This document shows, one piece after another, positions 47,593 through 55,112 of a DNA stretch of 64,000 bases. Under the pieces are notes generated by a model, which was given only the letters and a program-made list of their open reading frames with translations, was not told the DNA's origin and did not search any database. Within the stretch, counting starts at the first letter, position 1. Every line of letters begins with the position of its first letter. Source of the DNA: an uncultured Muribaculaceae bacterium (GTDB lineage: Bacteria; Bacteroidota; Bacteroidia; Bacteroidales; Muribaculaceae); assembly GCA_964562375.1 (NCBI GenBank), contig CAZLSW010000001.1, forward strand, positions 32,871-96,870, given 5' to 3'. Position numbers and translations under genes: made by a program.

Positions 47593-48150
47593 ATGGATGA
47601 TCATTTGCAGCAGGTAGCATCGCGCCTGCGTGGCCTGCGCGACGCTTTGGAACTTTCTATCGACGACGTGGCCCGCGCCGCCAACGTCGAGCCGTCTACT
47701 GTCGAGGAATACGAAAGCGGCTCCCGAGACATCCCCGTGAGCTTCCTCCACCGCCTCGCTGCCGCCTACGGCGTGGAGTTGACCGCTTTGCTCTTTGGAG
47801 AGGAGCCCAAAATGGCCTCTTATTTCGTCACCCGAGCCGGAAAAGGCGTCAAGGCCGAGCGCACCAAGGTGTACTCCTACCAGGACATCGCCGCCGGTTT
47901 CGCCCATCGCAAGCTTGCCCCATTCATTGTCACCGTCGAGCCGAAAAAGGGCCAAGGCGACGTCCATCTGAACACTCACCAGGGTCACGAGTTCAACTAC
48001 GTCCTCGAGGGCGAGATGGAAATCACCATCGGCTCCAAGAAGATCAAGCTCTCCCCGGGCGACTCTATCATGTTTGACGCCTCGCGTCCCCACGGTATGC
48101 TTACCCTGGGCGACCAGCCCGTGCGTTTCCTCGCCATCATCACCAATTAA
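47593..48150 (+). CDS. XRE-family HTH regulator with C-terminal cupin domain
   Basis: N-terminal HTH (LRGLRDALELSIDDVARAANVEPSTVEEYESG) and C-terminal cupin (HQGHEFNYVLEGEMEI...GDSIMFDASRPH). Confidence 0.85.
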   Translation: MDDHLQQVASRLRGLRDALELSIDDVARAANVEPSTVEEYESGSRDIPVSFLHRLAAAYGVELTALLFGEEPKMASYFVTRAGKGVKAERTKVYSYQDIAAGFAHRKLAPFIVTVEPKKGQGDVHLNTHQGHEFNYVLEGEMEITIGSKKIKLSPGDSIMFDASRPHGMLTLGDQPVRFLAIITN

Positions 48151-48174
48151 TCCTCACCTCGTTTCCTCGATAGT

Positions 48175-48252
48175 CGTGCACTCGTGTATTCGTGCATTCG
48201 TGCATTCGAAAAATCACCCCTCTTTCTGAAAACTGAAAACTGAAAACTGAAA
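48175..48252 (+). repeat. Modular leader array: 8-mers (CGTGCACT CGTGTATT CGTGCATT CGTGCATT) then (CTGAAAA)x4
   Basis: Read directly. Ends 11 nt before the ATG at 48263. Confidence 0.9.
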
Positions 48253-48262
48253 GCTCCCTTAT

Positions 48263-49927
48263 ATGCTCGAAAGATTCCTCGATAAAACCCAATTCTCCTC
48301 CTACGACGACTTCATGGAGAATTTCCATGTCAACGTCCCGGAAAATTTCAATTTCGGCTACGACGTGGTCGACGCCTGGGCCGCTGAAGACCCCACGCGC
48401 CCGGCCCTGTTGTGGACCAACGAGGCTGGCGAGGAGCGCCGATTCACCTTCGCCGACCTCAAGCGCGACTCCGACGCCACCGCATCGTTCTTTCAGGAGC
48501 TGGGCATAGGCCGCGGCGACCGCGTGATGCTCATTCTCAAGCGCCACTACCCATTCTGGTGGGCCATCACCGCCCTCCACAAGTTAGGTGCGGTCGTCAT
48601 CCCCGCCACCCACCTGTTGACCGAAAAAGATATCATCTACCGCTGCGAGCGAGCCGATATCAAGGCGATTGTGGCCTCCGGCGACCCCATCGTCACCGGC
48701 CATATCGACAAGGCCCTTCCACAATGCCCTTCGGTAAAGTACAGGATTTCAACCGGTCCGCTGGTCCCCGAGGGCTGGCTCGACTTCAACACTGGCGTGG
48801 AATTGGCCCCCGAGTTCAAGCGTCCCGAGCATCCCAACACCAACGACGACATCTCGCTGCTCTACTTCACCTCCGGCACCACCGGCGAGCCCAAAATGGT
48901 GGCCCACGATTTCACCTACCCCTTGGGCCACATAATCACAGCCTCCTACTGGCACAACCTCCATCCCGGATCGCTGCATCTCACCCTGGCCGACACCGGT
49001 TGGGGTAAGGCCGTATGGGGGAAACTTTATGGCCAATGGATCGCTGGCGCCGAGGTCTTTGTCTACGACTTCGAGAAATTCGAGCCAGTGGATGTCCTGG
49101 AGATGATCCACAAGTACAAAATCACCTCCTTCTGCGCCCCTCCCACGGTGTTCCGCTTCCTCATTCGCGAGGACCTCACGAAATACGACATATCATCCCT
49201 GAAATATTGCACCATCGCCGGCGAGGCCCTCAACCCCTCGGTCTACGAGCAGTGGCTTAAATTGACGGGAATCAAACTTATGGAGGGCTTTGGCCAGACC
49301 GAGACCACCCTCACCATCGCCACTTATCCCTGGCTCGAGCCAAAGCCCGGCTCCATGGGCAAGAAAGGACCGGAATACGACATCGACCTCCTCACCCCCG
49401 ACGGCCGCTGGGCCGAGGACGGCGAGCAGGGAGAAATCGTGGTTAAGCTCCCCAAGGACGGCCACAAGCCCCTGGGATTGTTCAAGGAGTACCTGCGCGA
49501 CCCGCAGCTCACCGCTGAGGCCATCAACAATGGCGTCTATCACACGGGCGACGTGGCTTGGAGAGACGAGGATGGGTACTACTGGTTCGTTGGGCGCACC
49601 GACGACGTTATCAAGTCGTCAGGCTATCGTATTGGCCCGTTCGAGGTCGAGTCGGCCCTCATGACCCATCCCGCCGTGGTGGAGTGCGCCATCACCGGCG
49701 TCCCCGACGACATCCGCGGCCAGGTGGTGAAAGCCACTATCGTCCTCGCCAAGGACTACGTGGAACGCGCCAAGACCGAGGGTGAAAAGCTCATCAAGGA
49801 GATACAGAACCACGTAAAGCGCGTCACGGCCCCCTATAAATATCCCCGAATCATCGAATTCGTCAAAGAGCTCCCCAAAACCATCAGCGGCAAAATACGC
49901 CGTGTGGAAATCCGCGACAAAAAATAG
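48263..49927 (+). CDS. AMP-binding acyl-CoA synthetase (medium-chain/acetyl-CoA-synthetase-like)
   Basis: YFTSGTTGEPKMV, GFGQTE, YHTGDVAWRDEDGYYWFVGRTDDVIK and a terminal SGKIRR. Confidence 0.9.
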   Translation: MLERFLDKTQFSSYDDFMENFHVNVPENFNFGYDVVDAWAAEDPTRPALLWTNEAGEERRFTFADLKRDSDATASFFQELGIGRGDRVMLILKRHYPFWWAITALHKLGAVVIPATHLLTEKDIIYRCERADIKAIVASGDPIVTGHIDKALPQCPSVKYRISTGPLVPEGWLDFNTGVELAPEFKRPEHPNTNDDISLLYFTSGTTGEPKMVAHDFTYPLGHIITASYWHNLHPGSLHLTLADTGWGKAVWGKLYGQWIAGAEVFVYDFEKFEPVDVLEMIHKYKITSFCAPPTVFRFLIREDLTKYDISSLKYCTIAGEALNPSVYEQWLKLTGIKLMEGFGQTETTLTIATYPWLEPKPGSMGKKGPEYDIDLLTPDGRWAEDGEQGEIVVKLPKDGHKPLGLFKEYLRDPQLTAEAINNGVYHTGDVAWRDEDGYYWFVGRTDDVIKSSGYRIGPFEVESALMTHPAVVECAITGVPDDIRGQVVKATIVLAKDYVERAKTEGEKLIKEIQNHVKRVTAPYKYPRIIEFVKELPKTISGKIRRVEIRDKK

Positions 49928-49934
49928 CAGTACG

Positions 49935-50035
49935 ATCAAGCCACCGTGCCCCGCGGTCAGAAAGGAAGCCGGGCCGTGTCGGCCCGGCAGTATAAACAAG
50001 CCACCGTGCCCCGCGGTTTGCCGCGGTGGTCTTCC
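49935..50035. repeat. Nested composite: CCGCGG-type element interrupted by a REP-like copy, then a complete CCGCGG-type element
   Basis: CAAGCCACCGTGCCCCGCGG | TCAGAAAGGAAGCCGGGCCGTGTCGGCCCGGCAGTATAAA | CAAGCCACCGTGCCCCGCGGTTTGCCGCGGTGGTC. Confidence 0.85.
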
Positions 50036-50083
50036 CCCCAGTTCGATTTCCCTCGATTTCCCCCGATTTCAGTCGAAAAAATT

Positions 50084-51199
50084 ATGAAATATTCCCGCCT
50101 AGCCGTCAAAATCGGCTCCAACGTCCTCTCCCGCCCCGACGGCACCCTCGACATCACCCGAATGAGCGCCCTGGTCGACCAAGTGGCCGAGCTGCGTCGC
50201 ATGGGTCTCGACATCGTCATGATCTCATCGGGAGCAGTCGCCGCCGGCCGCTCCGAGCTCAGAAAGGATGTCGGGCCGTGTCGGCCCGACAGAGACACGC
50301 CAAAACCCCTCGACTCCGTCTCCCAGCGACAGCTCTTCTCAGCCGTCGGCCAAGCCAAATTAATCAACCGCTACTACGAGCTCTTCCGCGACCACGGCCT
50401 ATCCTGCGGCCAGGTCCTCACCACCAAAGAAAACTTCTCCACCCGCCGCCATTACCTCAACCAAAAGCACTGCATGGAGGTAATGCTCGCCGCTGGCGTC
50501 ATTCCTATCGTCAACGAAAACGACACCGTGTCGCTCACCGAACTGATGTTCACCGACAACGACGAGCTCTCGGGCCTGATCGCCGCCATGATGGGCATGG
50601 ACGTTTTGGTGATCCTAAGCAATATAGATGGTGTATACGACGGCGATCCCGCCGACCCGGAGTCGCGTCTTATCACCGACGTGGCTCCGGTTGACGACCC
50701 CACGCGCTACGTGCAAGCGGCCAAATCCTCGCTCGGCCGCGGGGGGATGGGCACCAAGATGCGCATCGCCCGCAAGGTGGCCTCCGAGGGCCTCGATGTG
50801 ATTATCGCCAACGGCAAACGCCCCAACATCCTCATCGACCTTATCTCGCGTGACGACACCCCCTGCACCGTCTTCCACGCCGCTGCCGTCGAGCCCTCGA
50901 GCGTTAAGAAATGGATTGCCCACAGCGAGGGATTCGCCAAGGGTGAGGTGCATGTCAACCAAGGCGCTGCCGACGCGCTCCTCTCAGGCACCGGCGCCAG
51001 CCTTTTGGCTGTAGGAGTTACCCGCATTGTGGGCGATTGGGAAAAGGACGACGTCGTGAAAGTAATCGCCCCCGATGGCCGCCAGATCGCCCTCGGCCGA
51101 GTCAGCTACTCCTCGTCCACTACTGCCAAGGTAATGGGCCGCACAGGCCAGCGCCCAGTAATCCACAGCGATTACCTCTACCTCGAAGGCTGCCCTTAA
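50084..51199 (+). CDS. proB: Glutamate 5-kinase (with PUA domain), carrying one in-frame repeat insertion
   Basis: VKIGSNVL, SSGAVAAG, AVGQAKL and a C-terminal PUA domain. Start at MKYSRLAV (ATG 50084). Confidence 0.92.
   Translation: MKYSRLAVKIGSNVLSRPDGTLDITRMSALVDQVAELRRMGLDIVMISSGAVAAGRSELRKDVGPCRPDRDTPKPLDSVSQRQLFSAVGQAKLINRYYELFRDHGLSCGQVLTTKENFSTRRHYLNQKHCMEVMLAAGVIPIVNENDTVSLTELMFTDNDELSGLIAAMMGMDVLVILSNIDGVYDGDPADPESRLITDVAPVDDPTRYVQAAKSSLGRGGMGTKMRIARKVASEGLDVIIANGKRPNILIDLISRDDTPCTVFHAAAVEPSSVKKWIAHSEGFAKGEVHVNQGAADALLSGTGASLLAVGVTRIVGDWEKDDVVKVIAPDGRQIALGRVSYSSSTTAKVMGRTGQRPVIHSDYLYLEGCP
50261..50295. repeat. REP-like copy inside the proB CDS
   Basis: AGAAAGGATGTCGGGCCGTGTCGGCCCGACAGAG, read through as RKDVGPCRPDR between SSGAVAAGRSEL and the AVGQ region. 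Confidence 0.95.
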
Positions 51200-51227
51200 T
51201 GCTTTAAAGGTTTAATGATTTAAATCC

Positions 51228-52412
51228 TTATAGCTTTAAGGCTTTAAGGCTGAGGCGATCCACCAGCGTCGCCAGCGCGCAATCCCCCGTGACGTTACAC
51301 GCCGTCCCGAAATTATCCATCGCGATATACAACGCGATCATCAACGCATTCATCTCCTCGGTAAAGCCAAGGATTGACGACAAGATGCCCAATGAAGCCA
51401 TAATCGCGCCGCCTGGGATACCCGGCGCGGCCACAATCGCTATACCCAGCATCGCGGCCAGTTGCAGGAACATCCCCGCGTCGTAGGGCACGCCCTGGTA
51501 AATCATCAACGCCAGCGCGCACGCCACGATTTTCAGTGCCGAGCCGCTCATGTGGATTGTCGCGCATAGGGGGATAACAAAACCCGCCACGCTCTCGTTG
51601 ACACCCGTCTTGATTGTCTGCTTCAGCGTCACTGGTATCGTGGCGGCTGAGCTCTGCGTGCCCAGCGCGGTCATATACGCCGGAAGCATCGTGCGCAGCA
51701 TCTTCAGCGGATTCCGCTTGGCGGCCGCTCCCGCGATGCTGTATTGCAGCAACAAGATGCCGATATGAAGCACGAAAATCACCGCGATCACCTTCACGAA
51801 CGTCTGCAGGATCGCTCCCACCTGCCCCTCCATGGTCATCGTAAGGAAGATTCCGAAGATGTACACCGGCAGCAACGGGATTATCACGCCGCGGATGGTC
51901 AAGTCGATGATGTCGCGAAATTGTCGGGCCGCTTTGCTCAGACCGTCAGCGTGGGTGTAAGCTATGCCGATGCCCACGGTGAACGACAGCACAAGCGCGG
52001 TCATCACCCCCATCGGCGCCGGTATCTCCACCGTGAACCACGGCTTAGAAAGGATGTCGGGCCGTGTCGGTCCGACAGTATAGGCCCCCTCAGGTGAAAT
52101 GATATCCGGGAAAATCGCCGCGCCGGTAAAATATGAAATCGCGCCCGCGAGGAACGTCGCCGAATAGGCAAGCACCACGGTTGTTAGCAGCATCTTGCCG
52201 GCACCGCGCCCGATGTCGCCGATTGCCGGCGTGACAAAGCCGATGATAATCAGCGGAATAAGGAACCCCAGGAACTGGCCGAAAATACCGTTGAATGTGG
52301 CGCACAGAGCCGCCAACCACCCCGGCGCCACCATTCCCGCGCCTATTCCCAGCGCGATAGCTATTATAATGCGGGGAAGCAACCCCATCTTGGTTAACGC
52401 TTTGAAACTCAT
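51228..52412 (-). CDS. Sodium:dicarboxylate/amino-acid symporter family transporter (SstT-like), carrying one in-frame repeat insertion
   Basis: Polytopic protein with PLCATIHMSGSAL and AAPGIPGGAIMA motifs. Start at MSFKALTK (ATG 52412); the longer ORF to 52493 only translates repeat DNA. Confidence 0.85.
   Translation of the reverse strand: MSFKALTKMGLLPRIIIAIALGIGAGMVAPGWLAALCATFNGIFGQFLGFLIPLIIIGFVTPAIGDIGRGAGKMLLTTVVLAYSATFLAGAISYFTGAAIFPDIISPEGAYTVGPTRPDILSKPWFTVEIPAPMGVMTALVLSFTVGIGIAYTHADGLSKAARQFRDIIDLTIRGVIIPLLPVYIFGIFLTMTMEGQVGAILQTFVKVIAVIFVLHIGILLLQYSIAGAAAKRNPLKMLRTMLPAYMTALGTQSSAATIPVTLKQTIKTGVNESVAGFVIPLCATIHMSGSALKIVACALALMIYQGVPYDAGMFLQLAAMLGIAIVAAPGIPGGAIMASLGILSSILGFTEEMNALMIALYIAMDNFGTACNVTGDCALATLVDRLSLKALKL
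52047..52080. repeat. REP-like copy inside the transporter CDS
   Basis: AGAAAGGATGTCGGGCCGTGTCGGTCCGACAGTA, read through on the minus strand as TVGPTRPDILS. Confidence 0.95.
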
Positions 52413-52450
52413 ATTCCTAAAACGCAGAAATCCCCCGCTTATTGCCTTAG

Positions 52451-52562
52451 CTAAGTAAGTAGGAAGTCCCGCCGTGCCGGCGGGACAGCTCAAGTAGGAA
52501 GTCCCGCCGTGCCGGCGGGACAGTTTTCTCTGGCGGGCCGTGCCGGCCCGCCTTCCTTTCTA
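52451..52562. repeat. REP-like palindrome cluster (3 copies) upstream of the transporter
   Basis: Two AAGTAGGAAGTCCCGCCGTGCCGGCGGGACAG copies and one GGCGGGCCGTGCCGGCCCGCC variant. Confidence 0.92.
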
Positions 52563-52690
52563 AATGAGGGATACCCCTTGTAACAATCCTGTAACAAAAA
52601 ATCTCAAAATTTAATCATCAGTTATTCAATTATTTATCCTTAAAAATCCCTATCTCTTAAAATTTTTAACAAAAAATATTTGTAAAATTA

Positions 52691-52719
52691 TTTGCACAGA
52701 AAAATATTTTGTATATTTG
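52691..52719 (+). promoter_or_regulatory. Candidate promoter (-33 TTTG, -7 TATATTTG) for the ECF sigma factor
   Basis: TATATTTG at 52712-52719 and TTTG at 52691-52694. The 17-nt spacing is slightly short. 78 nt upstream of the ATG. Confidence 0.45.
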
Positions 52720-52796
52720 AGACGTGAAACGGAAAAATCGACTATTTACCCTATCGCGCTATTTACTAATTTCTATTCATCTAAAACTTCACTACT

Positions 52797-53300
52797 ATGG
52801 GCTCCTCTAAATTCCAATCCAATCTCATGAAGCTGCAAAGCAATATGCTCAACTTCGCTTATATGCTTACCGCCAACCGCGACGACGCTTACGACCTCCT
52901 CCAGGACACCACCCTCAAAGCTCTCGACAACGAAGAGAAGTACATCGACAACACCAACTTCAAAGGCTGGGTGTTCACCATCATGCGCAACATCTTCATC
53001 AACAATTACCGCCGCGTGGCCCGCGCAGCCACTGTTGTCGACTCCACCGAAAACCTCTACCACCTGAATCTCTCCCAGGATTCAGGCTTGGAAACTCCCG
53101 AAGGCGCCTTTGGCGCCAAGGAGATCACTCAATACCTGAGCGAGTTTCCCGACGAATATCGCGTTCCTTTCTCGATGCACGTCGCCGGCTACAAGTACAA
53201 CGAGATCGCCGAGAAGATGAACCTCCCCCTTGGCACCGTCAAGAGCCGCATCTTCTTCGCCCGCCAGCGCCTCCAGAAGCGTTTCGCCGATTACCGCTAA
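52797..53300 (+). CDS. RNA polymerase sigma-70 factor, ECF subfamily
   Basis: Region 2 (DLLQDTTLKAL...GWVFTIMRNIFINNYRR) and region 4 (YNEIAEKMNLPLGTVKSRIFFARQRL). No adjacent anti-sigma gene. Confidence 0.9.
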   Translation: MGSSKFQSNLMKLQSNMLNFAYMLTANRDDAYDLLQDTTLKALDNEEKYIDNTNFKGWVFTIMRNIFINNYRRVARAATVVDSTENLYHLNLSQDSGLETPEGAFGAKEITQYLSEFPDEYRVPFSMHVAGYKYNEIAEKMNLPLGTVKSRIFFARQRLQKRFADYR

Positions 53301-53445
53301 GTAGGAGGTCCCGCCGTGCCGGCGCCCCAGCTTAAGTAGGAAGTCCCGCCGTGCCGGCGCCCCAGCTTAAGTAGGAAGCTGGGCCGTGTCGGCCCAGCAG
53401 TATCAACAAGCCACTGTGCCCCGCGGTTTGCCGCGGTGGTCTCCT
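53298..53445. repeat. REP-like cluster (3 copies) plus a CCGCGG-type element, starting on the sigma-factor stop codon
   Basis: TAAGTAGGAGGTCCCGCCGTGCCGGCGCCCCAGC x2, then AGGAAGCTGGGCCGTGTCGGCCCAGCAG and CAAGCCACTGTGCCCCGCGGTTTGCCGCGGTGGTC. Confidence 0.92.
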
Positions 53446-53482
53446 GAAAAAGCCCCCATAGTTACTTAAATACGCAATTGAA

Positions 53483-53510
53483 AGGGCCGTCCCCGGCTGG
53501 GGACGGCCCT
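53483..53510 (-). terminator. Stem-loop downstream of the capsid-like gene
   Basis: AGGGCCGTCCCC-GGCT-GGGGACGGCCCT, a perfect 12-bp stem, followed on the minus strand by TTTCAATT. Confidence 0.6.
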
Positions 53511-53553
53511 CAATCATGCGTCAGCCCTGGGAGGGGACGGCCTTAATCACCTG

Positions 53554-54975
53554 CTACTGCTCTTCCTCGGCGGCTGCCAGGGCTGCTTCCTCTTCCTTGG
53601 TGAGCCACTTCACGCGCACGTGGGTCTCAGGGTAGCGGAGAACCATGCAAGAGGCCTCGGTGATGACGATCGCGTCGGTGTTGCGCTGGCCCGAGGTGCG
53701 CAGGTCCAGTTTCTCCGTCTGGAAGGGAATGTGGCAGTACTTGGTCACATACTCAGGGTCGAGAATCAATCCGTCGCGCTCGTGGCCGCACTGGTCGAAC
53801 GTCTCGCAAGGCAACACGTAGAGGGAGCCGAATTTGCTCACGATCTCGTTGAAGTCGATGCCCCACTTGGTCACGCGTTCCTGGGAATTCACCAGGCGAT
53901 TGAACGTTAGGCAGTTGATCTCCTCCACAAGTTTCGACCCCGCAATCAAGATCTTGCGCGTCGATCCGTTGTTCTTGGTGAACGCCTTGTAGCACAGCGC
54001 CACCAGGTCCTTCTCTTTGAAGGTCGACGGCATATTGTGGTCGCGGCCGGCCTGGTTCCAGATTCCGCCGGTGAGGTAAATCTCCCCCTTGGTGGGGTCG
54101 TTGACCTTGGCCTTGGTGCCGAACAGGAAGTTCTTCTCCATGCCCAGGCGCATGTCGTAGATGGCTACCTCCTCCTGGTCGCTGAGGGTCCAGCCTACCT
54201 CTTTGTTGGCCAGTTTCATAAGCGTCGACTGCTCGATCTGGGCCTTGAAGATTTGGCAGTAGTTGTCGGCCTTGGTGGGTACCGCCTCGAAGGAGGTCGT
54301 CTGCACGTCAAGCTCGCCGGCAGCGCGGCCCATGCGGATGAGTTTGGTCCCCTTGTCCATTGCGGGAACCACGGCCACGCCTGAGGTGTCGAAGTTGTTT
54401 ACCGAGATCACGTTGACCGTCTTGGTTTGAGTGCGCGAAACCACATAGAGCACGAGGGGCTGTTGGCTCGAGGCCGTAATGGAGGGCACGAGAATCGTCT
54501 CCGAGGCCTCAAACATGTTCTCCTTGGCTACCGTCAGGGTGAGAGGAGAGTTGGTCGAGCTCCCTTCGGTGGACTTCGCTAGCTCGGTTTCAGTCTCCTT
54601 GGTGTCCACCGAGTAGTACTGCACAGTCATTGAGTCGGCGGCGCGGCTGCCGGTGCAGCGAGTAATCTGGTCAACCGGGGTGGCCATGGGACGGATCTTG
54701 GTGATGCGGTTGTCGATCTCGCTACGCAAGAGGCCCGGGGCTACCTCCTCGGTGACCGAGGTGGTGAGGGGGCCGTCGGTGACGTGGGTCCCTCCCGCGG
54801 TACCCGCTACAACAGCCGCCGAAGCGTAGATCATGTCTCCGTCGCCGCCCAAGGCGAGCCAAAGGGCCACTGTGGCAATCGCCACGAGAAGGGTTACTAC
54901 GCCGTTGTCGCTTTTCACCCACTGGATCATCTGGTCAATCATGCCAGAAAGATTCTTCACATTGAAATTTTTCAT
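53554..54975 (-). CDS. HK97-fold major-capsid-like protein (SU10/DUF5309-type resemblance)
   Basis: 473 aa. ...EIDNRITKIRPMATPVDQI... resembles the N-terminal isP.dTPf signature. Also LSDQEEVAIYDMRLGMEKNFLFG and a C-terminal NTDAIVITEASCMVLRYPE. Recognition is by eye only. Confidence 0.55.
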   Translation of the reverse strand: MKNFNVKNLSGMIDQMIQWVKSDNGVVTLLVAIATVALWLALGGDGDMIYASAAVVAGTAGGTHVTDGPLTTSVTEEVAPGLLRSEIDNRITKIRPMATPVDQITRCTGSRAADSMTVQYYSVDTKETETELAKSTEGSSTNSPLTLTVAKENMFEASETILVPSITASSQQPLVLYVVSRTQTKTVNVISVNNFDTSGVAVVPAMDKGTKLIRMGRAAGELDVQTTSFEAVPTKADNYCQIFKAQIEQSTLMKLANKEVGWTLSDQEEVAIYDMRLGMEKNFLFGTKAKVNDPTKGEIYLTGGIWNQAGRDHNMPSTFKEKDLVALCYKAFTKNNGSTRKILIAGSKLVEEINCLTFNRLVNSQERVTKWGIDFNEIVSKFGSLYVLPCETFDQCGHERDGLILDPEYVTKYCHIPFQTEKLDLRTSGQRNTDAIVITEASCMVLRYPETHVRVKWLTKEEEAALAAAEEEQ

Positions 54976-55112
54976 AAAAGTTGAATGTTGAAAGTTGAAT
55001 GTTGAAAGGTTTCTAGTTCCTAGTTTTTAGTTAATGGGGTAATTTTAAAGGAGGAAAGGATAAAAGGGGCTATTATAAGCCCCCGTTTCGGGGGGGTGGG
55101 GGCCGATTCGGC

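Noticed and set aside
52720-52740. A half parS-like sequence (GAGACGTGAAACGG) upstream of the ECF sigma factor.
   Set aside because: Only one half-site matches the parS palindrome. The other arm is absent, so it is probably coincidental.
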